DNA from: Erysipelothrix larvae
GTDB taxonomy: Bacteria; Bacillota_I; Bacilli_A; Erysipelotrichales; Erysipelotrichaceae
Assembly: GCF_001545095.1 (NCBI RefSeq)
Contig: NZ_CP013213.1
Location: 810,001-842,000, forward strand
DNA: 32,000 bases
Direction of reading: 5' to 3'
Both the position numbers and the translations under genes were made by a program. Under the pieces are notes generated by a model. It did no database searches. It worked only from the letters and a program-made list of their open reading frames with translations, and was not told the origin of the DNA. Below, piece after piece: positions 19,136 through 27,501 of the stretch; position 1 is the stretch's first letter; the number at the start of each line of letters is the position of its first letter.

Positions 19136-20074
19136 ATGAAAATTTTAATCGCTGGGTCTGGAGCTATGGGTGCTCGATTTGGCTACTTACTTAAAGAATC
19201 TGGAAATGATGTTTTATTTGTTGATACATGGCAAGATCATATTGATGCAATTAACAAAAATGGACTACAACGTATTATTGATGGTGTAGATATTGGTCCA
19301 ATCCATATTCCAGCAGTAAAGCCTGAAGATGTCGTTGGGCACTATGACTTAGTGTTGTTGTTTGTGAAATCACTTCAACTTGATGACATGATGCAACGAA
19401 TTACCCCTTCTTTATCTGAAGACTCGCGGGTGCTTTGTTTACTCAATGGTTTGGGGAATATCGAAATTGTTGAAAAATATGTCTCAAGAGACCGTATTTA
19501 TCTAGGTATGACATTATGGTCATCAGGATTAAAAGGGCCGGGAGTTTTAAATGCCGTGGGTAGTGGTTCAATCGAAATGCAACAAGTGAATAATCTTGAA
19601 AGTGATTTTGATGCAAAACTTCTAACAACCCTCAATGATGCAGGACTAAACGCAGCCTATAGTAAAGATGTCATCCAGTCTATTTGGCATAAAGTGAGTT
19701 TAAATTGTGTGTTGAATACCTATTGTACATTGATTGATTGTAATATTGGCGAGTATGGTGCGTATGAGAAACATCAAGAACTTACAGACCTTATCCTGAA
19801 TGAAATTATTGCAGTGGGTAAAAAAGAGGGTATCGAAGTTATCTATGACATCGTCGCAAATAATATTAAAGGTGTGTTCTCTCCAGAAAAAGCAGGGGGA
19901 CATTATCCATCGCTGTATCAAGATATTGCTAGTGGAAGAAGGACTGAAATTGATGCACTTAATGGTGCTATTGTTAAATTAGGCGAAAAACATGGTGTAG
20001 AAACACCGGTATGTAAAGCGATTACATTAATGATTCACTCTAAAGAAAATGTAAATGATCTGCGAAACAACTAG
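19136..20074 (+). CDS. panE: 2-dehydropantoate 2-reductase (ketopantoate reductase)
   Basis: GGAGG RBS is present. The N-terminal Rossmann motif is MKILIAGSGAMGARFG, and the length and C-terminal helical domain are typical of the ApbA/PanE family. Confidence 0.8.
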   Translation: MKILIAGSGAMGARFGYLLKESGNDVLFVDTWQDHIDAINKNGLQRIIDGVDIGPIHIPAVKPEDVVGHYDLVLLFVKSLQLDDMMQRITPSLSEDSRVLCLLNGLGNIEIVEKYVSRDRIYLGMTLWSSGLKGPGVLNAVGSGSIEMQQVNNLESDFDAKLLTTLNDAGLNAAYSKDVIQSIWHKVSLNCVLNTYCTLIDCNIGEYGAYEKHQELTDLILNEIIAVGKKEGIEVIYDIVANNIKGVFSPEKAGGHYPSLYQDIASGRRTEIDALNGAIVKLGEKHGVETPVCKAITLMIHSKENVNDLRNN

Positions 20075-20192
20075 TTTTTGCGTACTAAACAAAAAAGATT
20101 TGATAACAGTGCCTTCTCATTGCTTGAAAAGTGTATCATTTTAAAAAAGTCTTTGATATAATAAACGAGTATAGATACAAAGGAGAATAATC

Positions 20193-20501
20193 ATGGAAGG
20201 AATTGAACTACTAAGTTTTCAAATGATCTCATTTAATGGATCAGCACGCTCATGTTTCGTTGAAGCAATTGCTGCTGCTAAAGAAGGAGATTTTGAACGT
20301 GCTGAGCAATTGATGAATGAAGGTGAAGAGCAATTTGTTGAAGGACACCGCGTACATGCTCAATTAATTCAACAAGAAGCATCTGAAGGTAAAACAGATA
20401 TTAACTTACTCTTAATTCACGCTGAAGATCAAATGATGAGTGCTGAATTAATGAAAATAGTTGCTGCTGAATTGATCGATATTCACAAAAAGCTTAAGTA
20501 A
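20193..20501 (+). CDS. PTS lactose/cellobiose-family EIIA component
   Basis: The 102-aa protein shows a three-helix pattern with the conserved LLIHAEDQMMSAEL phospho-histidine region. Confidence 0.85.
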   Translation: MEGIELLSFQMISFNGSARSCFVEAIAAAKEGDFERAEQLMNEGEEQFVEGHRVHAQLIQQEASEGKTDINLLLIHAEDQMMSAELMKIVAAELIDIHKKLK

Positions 20502-20506
20502 TAACT

Positions 20507-20528
20507 AGAGCCATATGGCTCTTTTTTT
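20507..20528 (+). terminator. Rho-independent terminator
   Basis: agagcca-ta-tggctct is followed by TTTTTTT. Confidence 0.8.
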
Positions 20529-20561
20529 AGGTTAGTGATTAGAGAAAAGGAGAACGACACT

Positions 20562-21020
20562 ATGAATAACTATACACTCATATTTCAAAAATGCTTAATT
20601 GTTGGATTTTATGTTTTCCAATATTTTAAGTTTAATCAAGCAAAACGTTATGACGAAACGTTGAAATTAACGCTTAACAAACGATCTTTGATTGAAGTCG
20701 TTGTTGTAGCCCTTATAAATATCGCATTTATTGTTTATCCTGTTTCAGAATCAGTTGAAGGAATTTTGTTATTTGTAGGAATTGTGATGATGCTTTATAC
20801 CTTTTTTCATACGTATCGTTATGTGGGGATTGGAAAAAAACTTATCTTCGCACAACAACATGCATTTGACATTCGTCAAATCACAAAGAAATCATATGAA
20901 AAAGGGAAATTTGTGTTCGTAATTCGTGATACACCTGTGTCTGTTCGGTACCCAATTGCAGACATAAACCTCGTTATGGAGCGTTTATCGGGCAGAAAAC
21001 CACGAAAAAATAAGAAATAA
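20562..21020 (+). CDS. Hypothetical small membrane protein (about 3 TM helices plus a basic C-terminal domain)
   Basis: The ATG at 20562 has a GGAG RBS. Hydrophobic segments are present. No family was recognised. Confidence 0.55.
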   Translation: MNNYTLIFQKCLIVGFYVFQYFKFNQAKRYDETLKLTLNKRSLIEVVVVALINIAFIVYPVSESVEGILLFVGIVMMLYTFFHTYRYVGIGKKLIFAQQHAFDIRQITKKSYEKGKFVFVIRDTPVSVRYPIADINLVMERLSGRKPRKNKK

Positions 21021-21117
21021 CATAAATAAAATGGCGAGTTGCTCCCTTTAGACTAGACTCGAAAGGTTTTTGTGATATAATAAAACAGTAATGTAAGTGT
21101 TACCATTAGGAGGCTTT

Positions 21118-21426
21118 ATGAGAAAAATTGTATTATTCTGTTCGGCAGGGATGTCTACAAGTATCCTTGTAAATAAAATGATTGAAGCTGCAAAGGCTAT
21201 CGATTATGATTGCACAGTTGAAGCTCACTCAGTAAGTGAAGTTGCTCGTTTGGGTGCTGACGCTGATATCGTATTATTGGGCCCACAAGTTCGTTTCAAT
21301 CTTGCAGGTGTTCAAAAGACATTACCTGGCAAACCAGTTGAAGTTATCGACATGCGTATGTACGGTACAATGAACGGTGCTGCTGTTATCGATCATGTAC
21401 GTAAAGTATTAGGTGATGACAAATAA
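21118..21426 (+). CDS. PTS lactose/cellobiose-family EIIB component
   Basis: GGAGG RBS is present. The N-terminus MRKIVLFCSAGMSTS carries the active-site Cys. Confidence 0.85.
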   Translation: MRKIVLFCSAGMSTSILVNKMIEAAKAIDYDCTVEAHSVSEVARLGADADIVLLGPQVRFNLAGVQKTLPGKPVEVIDMRMYGTMNGAAVIDHVRKVLGDDK

Positions 21427-21429
21427 TAA

Positions 21430-21454
21430 ATGCTAGATATCTAGCATTTTTTTT
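21430..21454 (+). terminator. Rho-independent terminator
   Basis: The palindrome atgctagatatctagcat is followed by TTTTTTTT. Confidence 0.8.
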
Positions 21455-21469
21455 AACTTAGGAGGCAAT

Positions 21470-21901
21470 ATGGAAAAAGCAGTAATTATATATTATAGTG
21501 CAACAGGCAATACTCAGATGATTGCAGATACAATCGATGAGGCGTTGAATGATGTTAACCAAGCGCATTCAATGTATTTTATCAGTGAAACAAGTGTGGA
21601 TGAGGTTAAAGATTCTGATATCTTCTTTTTAGGGTGTCCTGCTATGGGTGTCGAAGAAATTGAAGAATATGAGTATCGACCATTTTTTGATGAACTCAAA
21701 CCATCCCTTGAAAACAAACCGGTTGTGTTGTTTGGGTCGTTTGACTGGGGTGATGGGGAATGGATGGAAACCTGGGCTCAAGAAGTAACAGAAGCAGGGG
21801 GCATTGTATCTGGGAAATTCACGGTGATGTTGACTCCAGAAGATGATTTCTTGGAGGAAGTGAAAACATCTGTAACCGACTTAATGAAAACTTTTCAATA
21901 A
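21470..21901 (+). CDS. Short-chain flavodoxin
   Basis: AGGAGG RBS is present. The FMN phosphate loop is IIYYSATGNTQMIA, and the length is 143 aa. Confidence 0.85.
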   Translation: MEKAVIIYYSATGNTQMIADTIDEALNDVNQAHSMYFISETSVDEVKDSDIFFLGCPAMGVEEIEEYEYRPFFDELKPSLENKPVVLFGSFDWGDGEWMETWAQEVTEAGGIVSGKFTVMLTPEDDFLEEVKTSVTDLMKTFQ

Positions 21902-21936
21902 AATGTAATAAAATTGAAAAATATTTGTAAATGGTG

Positions 21937-21964
21937 TTGACTTTTCATTTTCAGCATGTATAAT
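21937..21964 (+). promoter_or_regulatory. Sigma-A-type promoter with no downstream ORF
   Basis: TTGACT, a 16-nt spacer, then TATAAT. Confidence 0.5.
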
Positions 21965-21970
21965 AGTTTT

Positions 21971-22120
21971 ATAGATTAAATAATCTATAAATTCTTGTCC
22001 ATTAGAAAATACTTAAATTCACCATTTCCTTACTATCAATGTGTATTTCCTCCAATTATCAAATTGAATTTAGGTTTTCTAAAAATAATAAAAACACTTC
22101 AGCCCGGAAGTGTTTTTATT
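21971..22120 (+). ncRNA. Candidate ~150-nt structured small RNA or leader (uncharacterised)
   Basis: A consensus promoter lies upstream. A 9-bp hairpin sits at or overlapping the predicted 5' end (21969-21990). A long-range helix pairs 22002-22021 with 22065-22082, enclosing the CU-rich loop TTTCCTCC (22046-22053). The intrinsic terminator is acacttc-agcccg-gaagtgt followed by Ts (22094-22120). There is no SD-preceded ORF. Confidence 0.4.
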
Positions 22121-22132
22121 TTGTGTATCCTT

Positions 22133-22141
22133 TGGTATACT
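22133..22141 (+). promoter_or_regulatory. Extended -10 element (TGgTATACT) upstream of coaD
   Basis: It lies between the 22094-22120 terminator and the coaD start. No good -35 element was found. Confidence 0.35.
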
Positions 22142-22155
22142 AGTTACAGGTGATA

Positions 22156-22662
22156 ATGATGAAAGTAATGATAACAGGAAGTTATGATCCAATCACATTG
22201 GGTCACATTGATATAATTAAACGTGCATCTAAATTATTTGATGAAGTCTATGTTGCTCTATTAATTAATGAAAATAAAGTTTCATTATTTTCATTAGAAG
22301 AACGTGTTGAATTTGTTCAAAAAGTCATAAATGACTTAAAATTAGATAACTGTAAGGTAGTGAGTGATCGTGGACTTGCTGTAGATTTTGCACAAAAGCT
22401 TGGATGCAGTGCCTTTGTTCGTGGTGTAAGAAGCAGTGCTGATTATGAATATGAAGTAGGACAAGCATCGATTAATAAGATGTTGAATGAAAAGATTGAG
22501 ACACTCTTTCTCGTTGCTGCTCCTGATTTGGCACATATTTCTTCATCAATGGTTAAGGCAGTTGCTAGTTTTGGAGGAGATTTGTCGCAGTTTGTACCAA
22601 AACATGTCGAACATGCTCTGCGTTTAAAGTATCCAGTGCAAATTAAGGGAACAAAAATATAA
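22156..22662 (+). CDS. coaD: Phosphopantetheine adenylyltransferase
   Basis: The nucleotidyltransferase motif is MKVMITGSYDPITLGHIDII (T/HxGH). The exact start among GTG 22150, ATG 22156 and ATG 22159 is uncertain. Confidence 0.88.
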   Translation: MMKVMITGSYDPITLGHIDIIKRASKLFDEVYVALLINENKVSLFSLEERVEFVQKVINDLKLDNCKVVSDRGLAVDFAQKLGCSAFVRGVRSSADYEYEVGQASINKMLNEKIETLFLVAAPDLAHISSSMVKAVASFGGDLSQFVPKHVEHALRLKYPVQIKGTKI

Positions 22663-22704
22663 AAGTGTGACGTATGTGAATTTATCACATGCGCCACACT
22701 TTTT
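22661..22704. terminator. Bidirectional terminator between convergent coaD and glmS
   Basis: The imperfect hairpin aaaagtgtgacgtatgtga-attta-tcacatgcgccacactttt fills the whole intergenic gap. Confidence 0.7.
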
Positions 22705-22705
22705 A

Positions 22706-24463
22706 TTACTCAACAGTTACAGATTTCGCAAGATTTCTAGGTTGATCAACATCACAACCTCTGAGGGAACTTGAACTATAAGCGAGGAGTTGAAGCGGTA
22801 TCGCTGCCACAAAAGGCATCAAATCATCGTCAACATGAGGGATGTTGATTCGATGATCATATAACGATTCATCCGCAGCTAAATGTTCGGGTGCAATAAG
22901 AATCATTTTAGAATTTCTTGCACGTACTTCCTGCACATTGCTGAGCATTTTATCGAATACTTGTGATTGTGTCACAAGGGCGACGGTTAGAACGTCGTCA
23001 GTAATAAGTGAGATGGTTCCATGTTTTAGTTCTCCTGCTGGGTAACTTTCTGCATGGATGTAAGAGATCTCTTTTAATTTCAATGACCCTTCAAGGGCGA
23101 TTGCATAATCAAGACCACGTCCAATAAAGAATGCATCTGTTACAGCAAGATATTCTTTCGCAATTTGATGAATTTCTTGACTGTTATGGATCAATGATTC
23201 AACAAAAGGAATGACTGTATTTGCATCTTTCATCGCGTTGTTTGTTAGTTTTTGAGTTAATTGATAGAGTGTTGCAAGTTGAGCTATGTATGCTTTGGTG
23301 CTTGCAACTGCTATTTCAGTTCCCGCATAGGTCATGATATACCGTGATGCTTCACGTTGAATGGATGATCCATAGACATTCACAACTGCGAGGGTTTTGA
23401 TATCGTGATTGTTAGCAAGTCTTAAGGATGCTAATGAATCCGCTGTTTCCCCCGATTGTGATACGACGATTACAAGATCGTCTTTGTCTAAAATAGGGTC
23501 CATATAACGGAATTCACTTGCGACTTCAACATAGACACGTTTACGTGCATATTTTTCAATCCATTGTTTCGCAACCAACCCAGCATGCATTGCAGTTCCA
23601 CATGCGACGATATGGATGTCATTGATATCTTGAAGGAATGCATCATCCAACTTCAATTCTTGGCTAAAAGTCGTTTTTAAGACTTCTGGTTGATCGTGAA
23701 TTTCTTTTAGCATATATGTTTCGAATTCACCTTTATTTACGGCTGTTAGGCTCCAATCTGCCTCTTGAACTTCCTTATAAATCGGGATGAATGATGCGAG
23801 GTCATAGAATACTTGTGTATTTGATTGAATAATTGCCATTTCATCGTCTTCTAGGATGTAATAAGATTTCGTATAATCCAGAAGTGCAGACATATCCGAT
23901 GCAATGAACGTTTCATTTTGCCCAACACCGATAATCAACGGACTTCCTTTACGGATGCAATATATTGTATCTTGATCCGATTTATCTAGAATCGCTATTG
24001 CATAAGATCCTTCTATTTTTTTGTGAAGTTCTTTTATTGCATCGAGCATTACATGTGTTTCTAATAAGGATTCAAGCAAGACTGCACATACTTCTGTATC
24101 TGTTTCAGATTTGAATGAATAGCCTTTGTTTAGTAGATCTTCTTTGAGTTCACTATAGTTTTCGATAATACCATTATGAACGAGTGTAATTTTTGATTTA
24201 CCATGCGGATGGGCATTTTCTTGAGTGGGTTTCCCATGAGTAGCCCAACGTGTATGACCAATACCGATTGATGCATTTTTTATTGATTTTGTTAATGGTA
24301 TAAGATTGTTAATTTTCCCTGTTGCTTTTTGGGTCTGCAAATTGCCGTCACTAAAAACTGCGATTCCACATGAATCGTAGCCGCGATAAGCCAAATGCGT
24401 TAGACCGTCAATTAAAACATCAACTGCGTTTCGCGAGCCGACGTAACCGATGATTCCACACAT
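22706..24463 (-). CDS. glmS: Glutamine--fructose-6-phosphate aminotransferase (isomerizing)
   Basis: AAGGAG RBS is present. The N-terminal nucleophile motif is MCGIIGYVG, two SIS domains follow, and the C-terminal motif is NLAKSVTVE. Confidence 0.95.
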   Translation of the reverse strand: MCGIIGYVGSRNAVDVLIDGLTHLAYRGYDSCGIAVFSDGNLQTQKATGKINNLIPLTKSIKNASIGIGHTRWATHGKPTQENAHPHGKSKITLVHNGIIENYSELKEDLLNKGYSFKSETDTEVCAVLLESLLETHVMLDAIKELHKKIEGSYAIAILDKSDQDTIYCIRKGSPLIIGVGQNETFIASDMSALLDYTKSYYILEDDEMAIIQSNTQVFYDLASFIPIYKEVQEADWSLTAVNKGEFETYMLKEIHDQPEVLKTTFSQELKLDDAFLQDINDIHIVACGTAMHAGLVAKQWIEKYARKRVYVEVASEFRYMDPILDKDDLVIVVSQSGETADSLASLRLANNHDIKTLAVVNVYGSSIQREASRYIMTYAGTEIAVASTKAYIAQLATLYQLTQKLTNNAMKDANTVIPFVESLIHNSQEIHQIAKEYLAVTDAFFIGRGLDYAIALEGSLKLKEISYIHAESYPAGELKHGTISLITDDVLTVALVTQSQVFDKMLSNVQEVRARNSKMILIAPEHLAADESLYDHRINIPHVDDDLMPFVAAIPLQLLAYSSSSLRGCDVDQPRNLAKSVTVE

Positions 24464-24499
24464 AGTGTTTCTCCTTTATATTATTTTATGATTATATGT

Positions 24500-24626
24500 A
24501 GTTACTGATTCACAAGGGATTTGTTTATTTGTCCTTGTGTTTCGATCTCAGTATGACCGAAGAGGCACCCGCCGAAAACTTCGATAACCTCTCACCTCGT
24601 CACTCATTCAAGAGTCTGGCGCTTTG
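24500..24626 (-). ncRNA. glmS ribozyme: glmS ribozyme (GlcN6P-responsive self-cleaving riboswitch)
   Basis: The minus strand reads A/GCGCCAGACUCUUGAAUGAGUGACGAGGUGAGAGGUUAUCGAAGUUUUCGGCGGGUGCCUCUUCGGUCAUACUGAGAUCGAAACACAAGG... This matches the Bacillus glmS ribozyme core nearly block for block. The cleavage site is predicted between 24623 and 24622. Confidence 0.9.
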
Positions 24627-24743
24627 AATATCATTCATTCTGTTTAATCTTAATCCCTCCTCCCTTGGTACATTTTATCATAAGTCATGAAAAAAAAGAA
24701 ACCTTTTCATTATCACACTTTTTGATATATAATAATTGAGTAT

Positions 24744-24818
24744 GTTCCCGTAGTTCAACGGATAGAACAAGGGCCTCCTAAGCTCTAGATACAGGTTCGA
24801 TTCCTGTCGGGAACGCCA
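24744..24818 (+). tRNA. tRNA-Arg: tRNA-Arg(CCU)
   Basis: GTTCCCGTAGTTCAACGGATAGAACAAGGGCCTCCTAAGCTCTAGATACAGGTTCGATTCCTGTCGGGAACGCCA has a 7-bp acceptor stem, anticodon loop CTCCTAA, and an encoded CCA. Confidence 0.9.
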
Positions 24819-24829
24819 AAATCGTATAA

Positions 24830-25920
24830 GGCCACTAATCAGTAGGCAATGGGGTCAACTTAACACAAGCGTGGTTGACTCCTTTTCTTATGTTTTCTAG
24901 AACACTTTCGATATATATAATAATGAGAAAGTGAATTGTAGTGTTGAATTGTTCAGGCTTGTTGAACTGAATGGATGCAAGTATTTATTTGAGGGAAAAT
25001 AAACTTTTTCAAAGAGGAAGTAGCTAAAAATGAAAGAGATGGATGGATTGATATTACAGTCAATAAACTGTGGCGAAGAAGGATTAAACACAAAGAAGTT
25101 CGTGAATCATTTGAATCGAATCCTCACATTAAAATATGTGTGGTGAAACATGAACTGAAGAACCCCTGTAAAATGGGCTAAATACATCATGTCTATTTCA
25201 CAAATTTGCATTAAGACGAGTTCACGTGTAAGGAAGTAGATGAACTTAATTCGGATCGTTGGAAGATTGAAACACATTATAAATTTTATAACACTGATTT
25301 AGAAACTGAGCGATTAAATACGACTTGTCATGATGTTTTCAAATGTAAAATTCTTACACGAATTATTGCTTTGAAAGTTTTAGGTATCATTGAAGAAGAA
25401 TTGAACGAGGTTTTACAGAATTAAAGAACGCTTACTCACGTTGATGGATTTACAACAAAATGTGTAACTCTAAAAGATCTTATGTATAAAGGGAACCTGG
25501 CAAAGGGGGTGATATTCGACAATGTTGAAGTCATTTTTGAGACAGTGTTCTTAATTACCGAAATCGCTATAAAAAATATAGTGCCTATCAAGAGAGATAG
25601 ACACTATGAACGCTATGGTTGCTTTATGAAATCCTCGCCATTCTATCGATTTATAATAGATAGAAGGGATCATTCGAAGGTGCGAAGAACTCAATTCGGC
25701 CTGAGAACGGTACGATAATAGTGTAGTTAAGACAATTAAATTGCAACACAAAATTTGTGCAATCATATAGCGAAAGTTGAATTAATGACGCTTGATTTAT
25801 ATATTGCTAAGCATTACGCAATTATCAGAAGAATTCAAACTTCCAAAATTAAGATCAAAAGAAAAGGAGTCTACTAAGCTTATGCTAAGTTGACCCCACT
25901 GACCACTTTTGAAGTGGTCC
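24830..25920 (+). mobile_element. Decayed IS4/IS5-superfamily (DDE_Tnp_1-like) insertion sequence remnant with ~58-60-nt imperfect terminal inverted repeats
   Basis: IR-L (24830-24887) aligns with the reverse complement of 25861-25920. They share the core TGGGGTCAACTTA and 20 of the 25 following positions, ending ..GACTCCTTTTC. Internal frames are broken by stops but include SDRWKIETHYKFYNTDLE (the RWxIE motif of DDE transposases) and a basic C-terminal fragment KRDRHYERY. Confidence 0.6.
25900..25918 (+). repeat. 19-nt palindromic repeat TGACCACTTTTGAAGTGGT (copy 1, tip of the IS remnant right IR)
   Basis: This is an exact match to 31796-31814 in the same orientation. It contains the hairpin GACCACTT-TTG-AAGTGGT(C). 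Confidence 0.9.
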
Positions 25921-25970
25921 GTTAGTTTTTCTAGTTTTGACGCAATAGTTAAATATTTGGGTATATATTA

Positions 25971-26459
25971 TCAATCATGGATGTTATAGGTAGAAATCTT
26001 CTGAGCTAAACTATCAATATTATTATTTAACATTCCTATTGTTTTTGGTTCTAGTCTTGACACAAGATTCGTAATTATTCTTTCAAATAAACCTAATTCT
26101 GAAGGGTTTAGATCACCACCAAAATTATACCTATATAGAGAAGTCGAATATATATCTTCAGGAAAACAATCTTTAATGTATTGTTCAGCTGAGTCAGGAG
26201 TAGTACAGCTGACAAATAATGCTAACTTTTTTGTTAATAATATATCTTGATTTTGTTGTGAAAATAATTTAAGTTTGTTATCCATTTTCCCCATATAAAC
26301 CGGACCACCAAGAACAATCCAATCAAAATTATTCACATCAATCTTTGGGTTGTCACAGATATTTGCTAATTCAATATTACCAAGTAATTTTGACTTGAGA
26401 TAAAGAACTGAATTATGAGTGAAACCATGTCTGCTGGTATATGCTATAAGAATTTTCAT
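25971..26459 (-). CDS. Flavodoxin-like domain protein
   Basis: MKILIAYTSRHGFT has a flavodoxin-type N-terminus. The protein is 162 aa and lies 3 nt downstream of the FMN-binding protein gene. Confidence 0.65.
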   Translation of the reverse strand: MKILIAYTSRHGFTHNSVLYLKSKLLGNIELANICDNPKIDVNNFDWIVLGGPVYMGKMDNKLKLFSQQNQDILLTKKLALFVSCTTPDSAEQYIKDCFPEDIYSTSLYRYNFGGDLNPSELGLFERIITNLVSRLEPKTIGMLNNNIDSLAQKISTYNIHD

Positions 26460-26462
26460 TTT

Positions 26463-26858
26463 TTATTTCCCCTTAAGTAGAGCATTTTCTACGGCTTTTA
26501 AAATGGTATTGCTACTATATGTAGCAGAAGCTATGGTGTCAACTTCTAAACTTTGTTCAGATATAATATTCTGAGTGATTTTTTCCGCTTTTGATCCGAG
26601 CCCATTATTATGCTTGATTATATCAATTTTAGTGATTTCATGATTTGATACAGTTACTTCAACTTCGACTTCAATAAGTCCATTATTACTATTCCCATGA
26701 TATGTACCATCATTAACCAAACTCATTGCAACACTATCAACGGGTAAGATATTTGTTGCCATTAATTTATTAACGAAAAATATGCTGAACACAGACAGGA
26801 ATGCTACACATATGATTAGTGTTATATAGAAACGCTTCTTTCTTCTAGTTGACTTCAT
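26463..26858 (-). CDS. Membrane-anchored FMN-binding domain protein
   Basis: An N-terminal TM helix is present. The C-terminal motif VDTIASATYSSNTILKAVENAL is typical of FMN_bind domains. Confidence 0.7.
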   Translation of the reverse strand: MKSTRRKKRFYITLIICVAFLSVFSIFFVNKLMATNILPVDSVAMSLVNDGTYHGNSNNGLIEVEVEVTVSNHEITKIDIIKHNNGLGSKAEKITQNIISEQSLEVDTIASATYSSNTILKAVENALLKGK

Positions 26859-26861
26859 AAT

Positions 26862-27461
26862 TTATACGCTTTCTCCTTTGATTCCGTAAATAATCATGTC
26901 AATATAGGATTCTATTAATTCTTCCCAATTCTCTTCAAGATAGAGTTTATTTTCGATTGCATTCATACCAAATCCTAATAGAGAAGTTACGATCATCCAA
27001 GACGAATGCGAGTTTACAGAGCTAAGCAATTCTCGTTTATAGCCGTCGTATAAAAGTTGTTGCAGTAAATTTTCACCTTCATTTCCTCCTTCTGAAGCTT
27101 TGAAAAGTGTCTCAGATCCACTTCGAATAAATGCTATCCCCATTTCTGGGCTGTATGTCATACTCAAAACAAACTGCCTAAAGACTTGCTTGAGTTGAAC
27201 AAGTAAAGGTTGTTTCAGATTCGCTTTGTATACATCTAAAGTATCTGAAAGAATTCTATCGTATATTATCATTCCTATGTCAGCAGCAATTTCTGCTTTA
27301 TTGTTATAATATAGATATAAGGTAGTGGGAGAATAATCGATTATTTGTGCAATTTTGCGCATTGAAAGCTTCTCGTAGCCCTCTTGATTTATAATCTTTA
27401 TACTGGCATCAATGATATTAGTTTTCATGTTCTCTTTCTCTTGTAATCGTCTTTGACTCAT
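26862..27461 (-). CDS. TetR/AcrR family transcriptional regulator
   Basis: AAGGAGGG RBS is present. The N-terminal HTH is IIDASIKIINQEGYEKLSMRKIAQIIDYSPTTLYLYYNNKAEI. Confidence 0.85.
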   Translation of the reverse strand: MSQRRLQEKENMKTNIIDASIKIINQEGYEKLSMRKIAQIIDYSPTTLYLYYNNKAEIAADIGMIIYDRILSDTLDVYKANLKQPLLVQLKQVFRQFVLSMTYSPEMGIAFIRSGSETLFKASEGGNEGENLLQQLLYDGYKRELLSSVNSHSSWMIVTSLLGFGMNAIENKLYLEENWEELIESYIDMIIYGIKGESV

Positions 27462-27470
27462 AATCCCTCC

Positions 27471-27501
27471 TTAACAGTGTTAATTAAGTTAACGGTGTTA
27501 A
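27471..27501. promoter_or_regulatory. Two tandem palindromic boxes TTAACAGTGTTAA / TTAACGGTGTTAA, candidate TetR operator
   Basis: These 13-nt 6-1-6 palindromes lie 5 nt apart. The first is perfect and the second has one mismatch. They begin 10 nt upstream of the TetR start codon. Confidence 0.45.

Noticed and set aside
20130-20160. cre-like sequence TGAAAAGTGTATCA upstream of the EIIA gene
   Set aside because: It matches the outer positions of the CcpA cre consensus (TGWAARCGYTWNCW) but lacks the central CG, so it is too weak to call.
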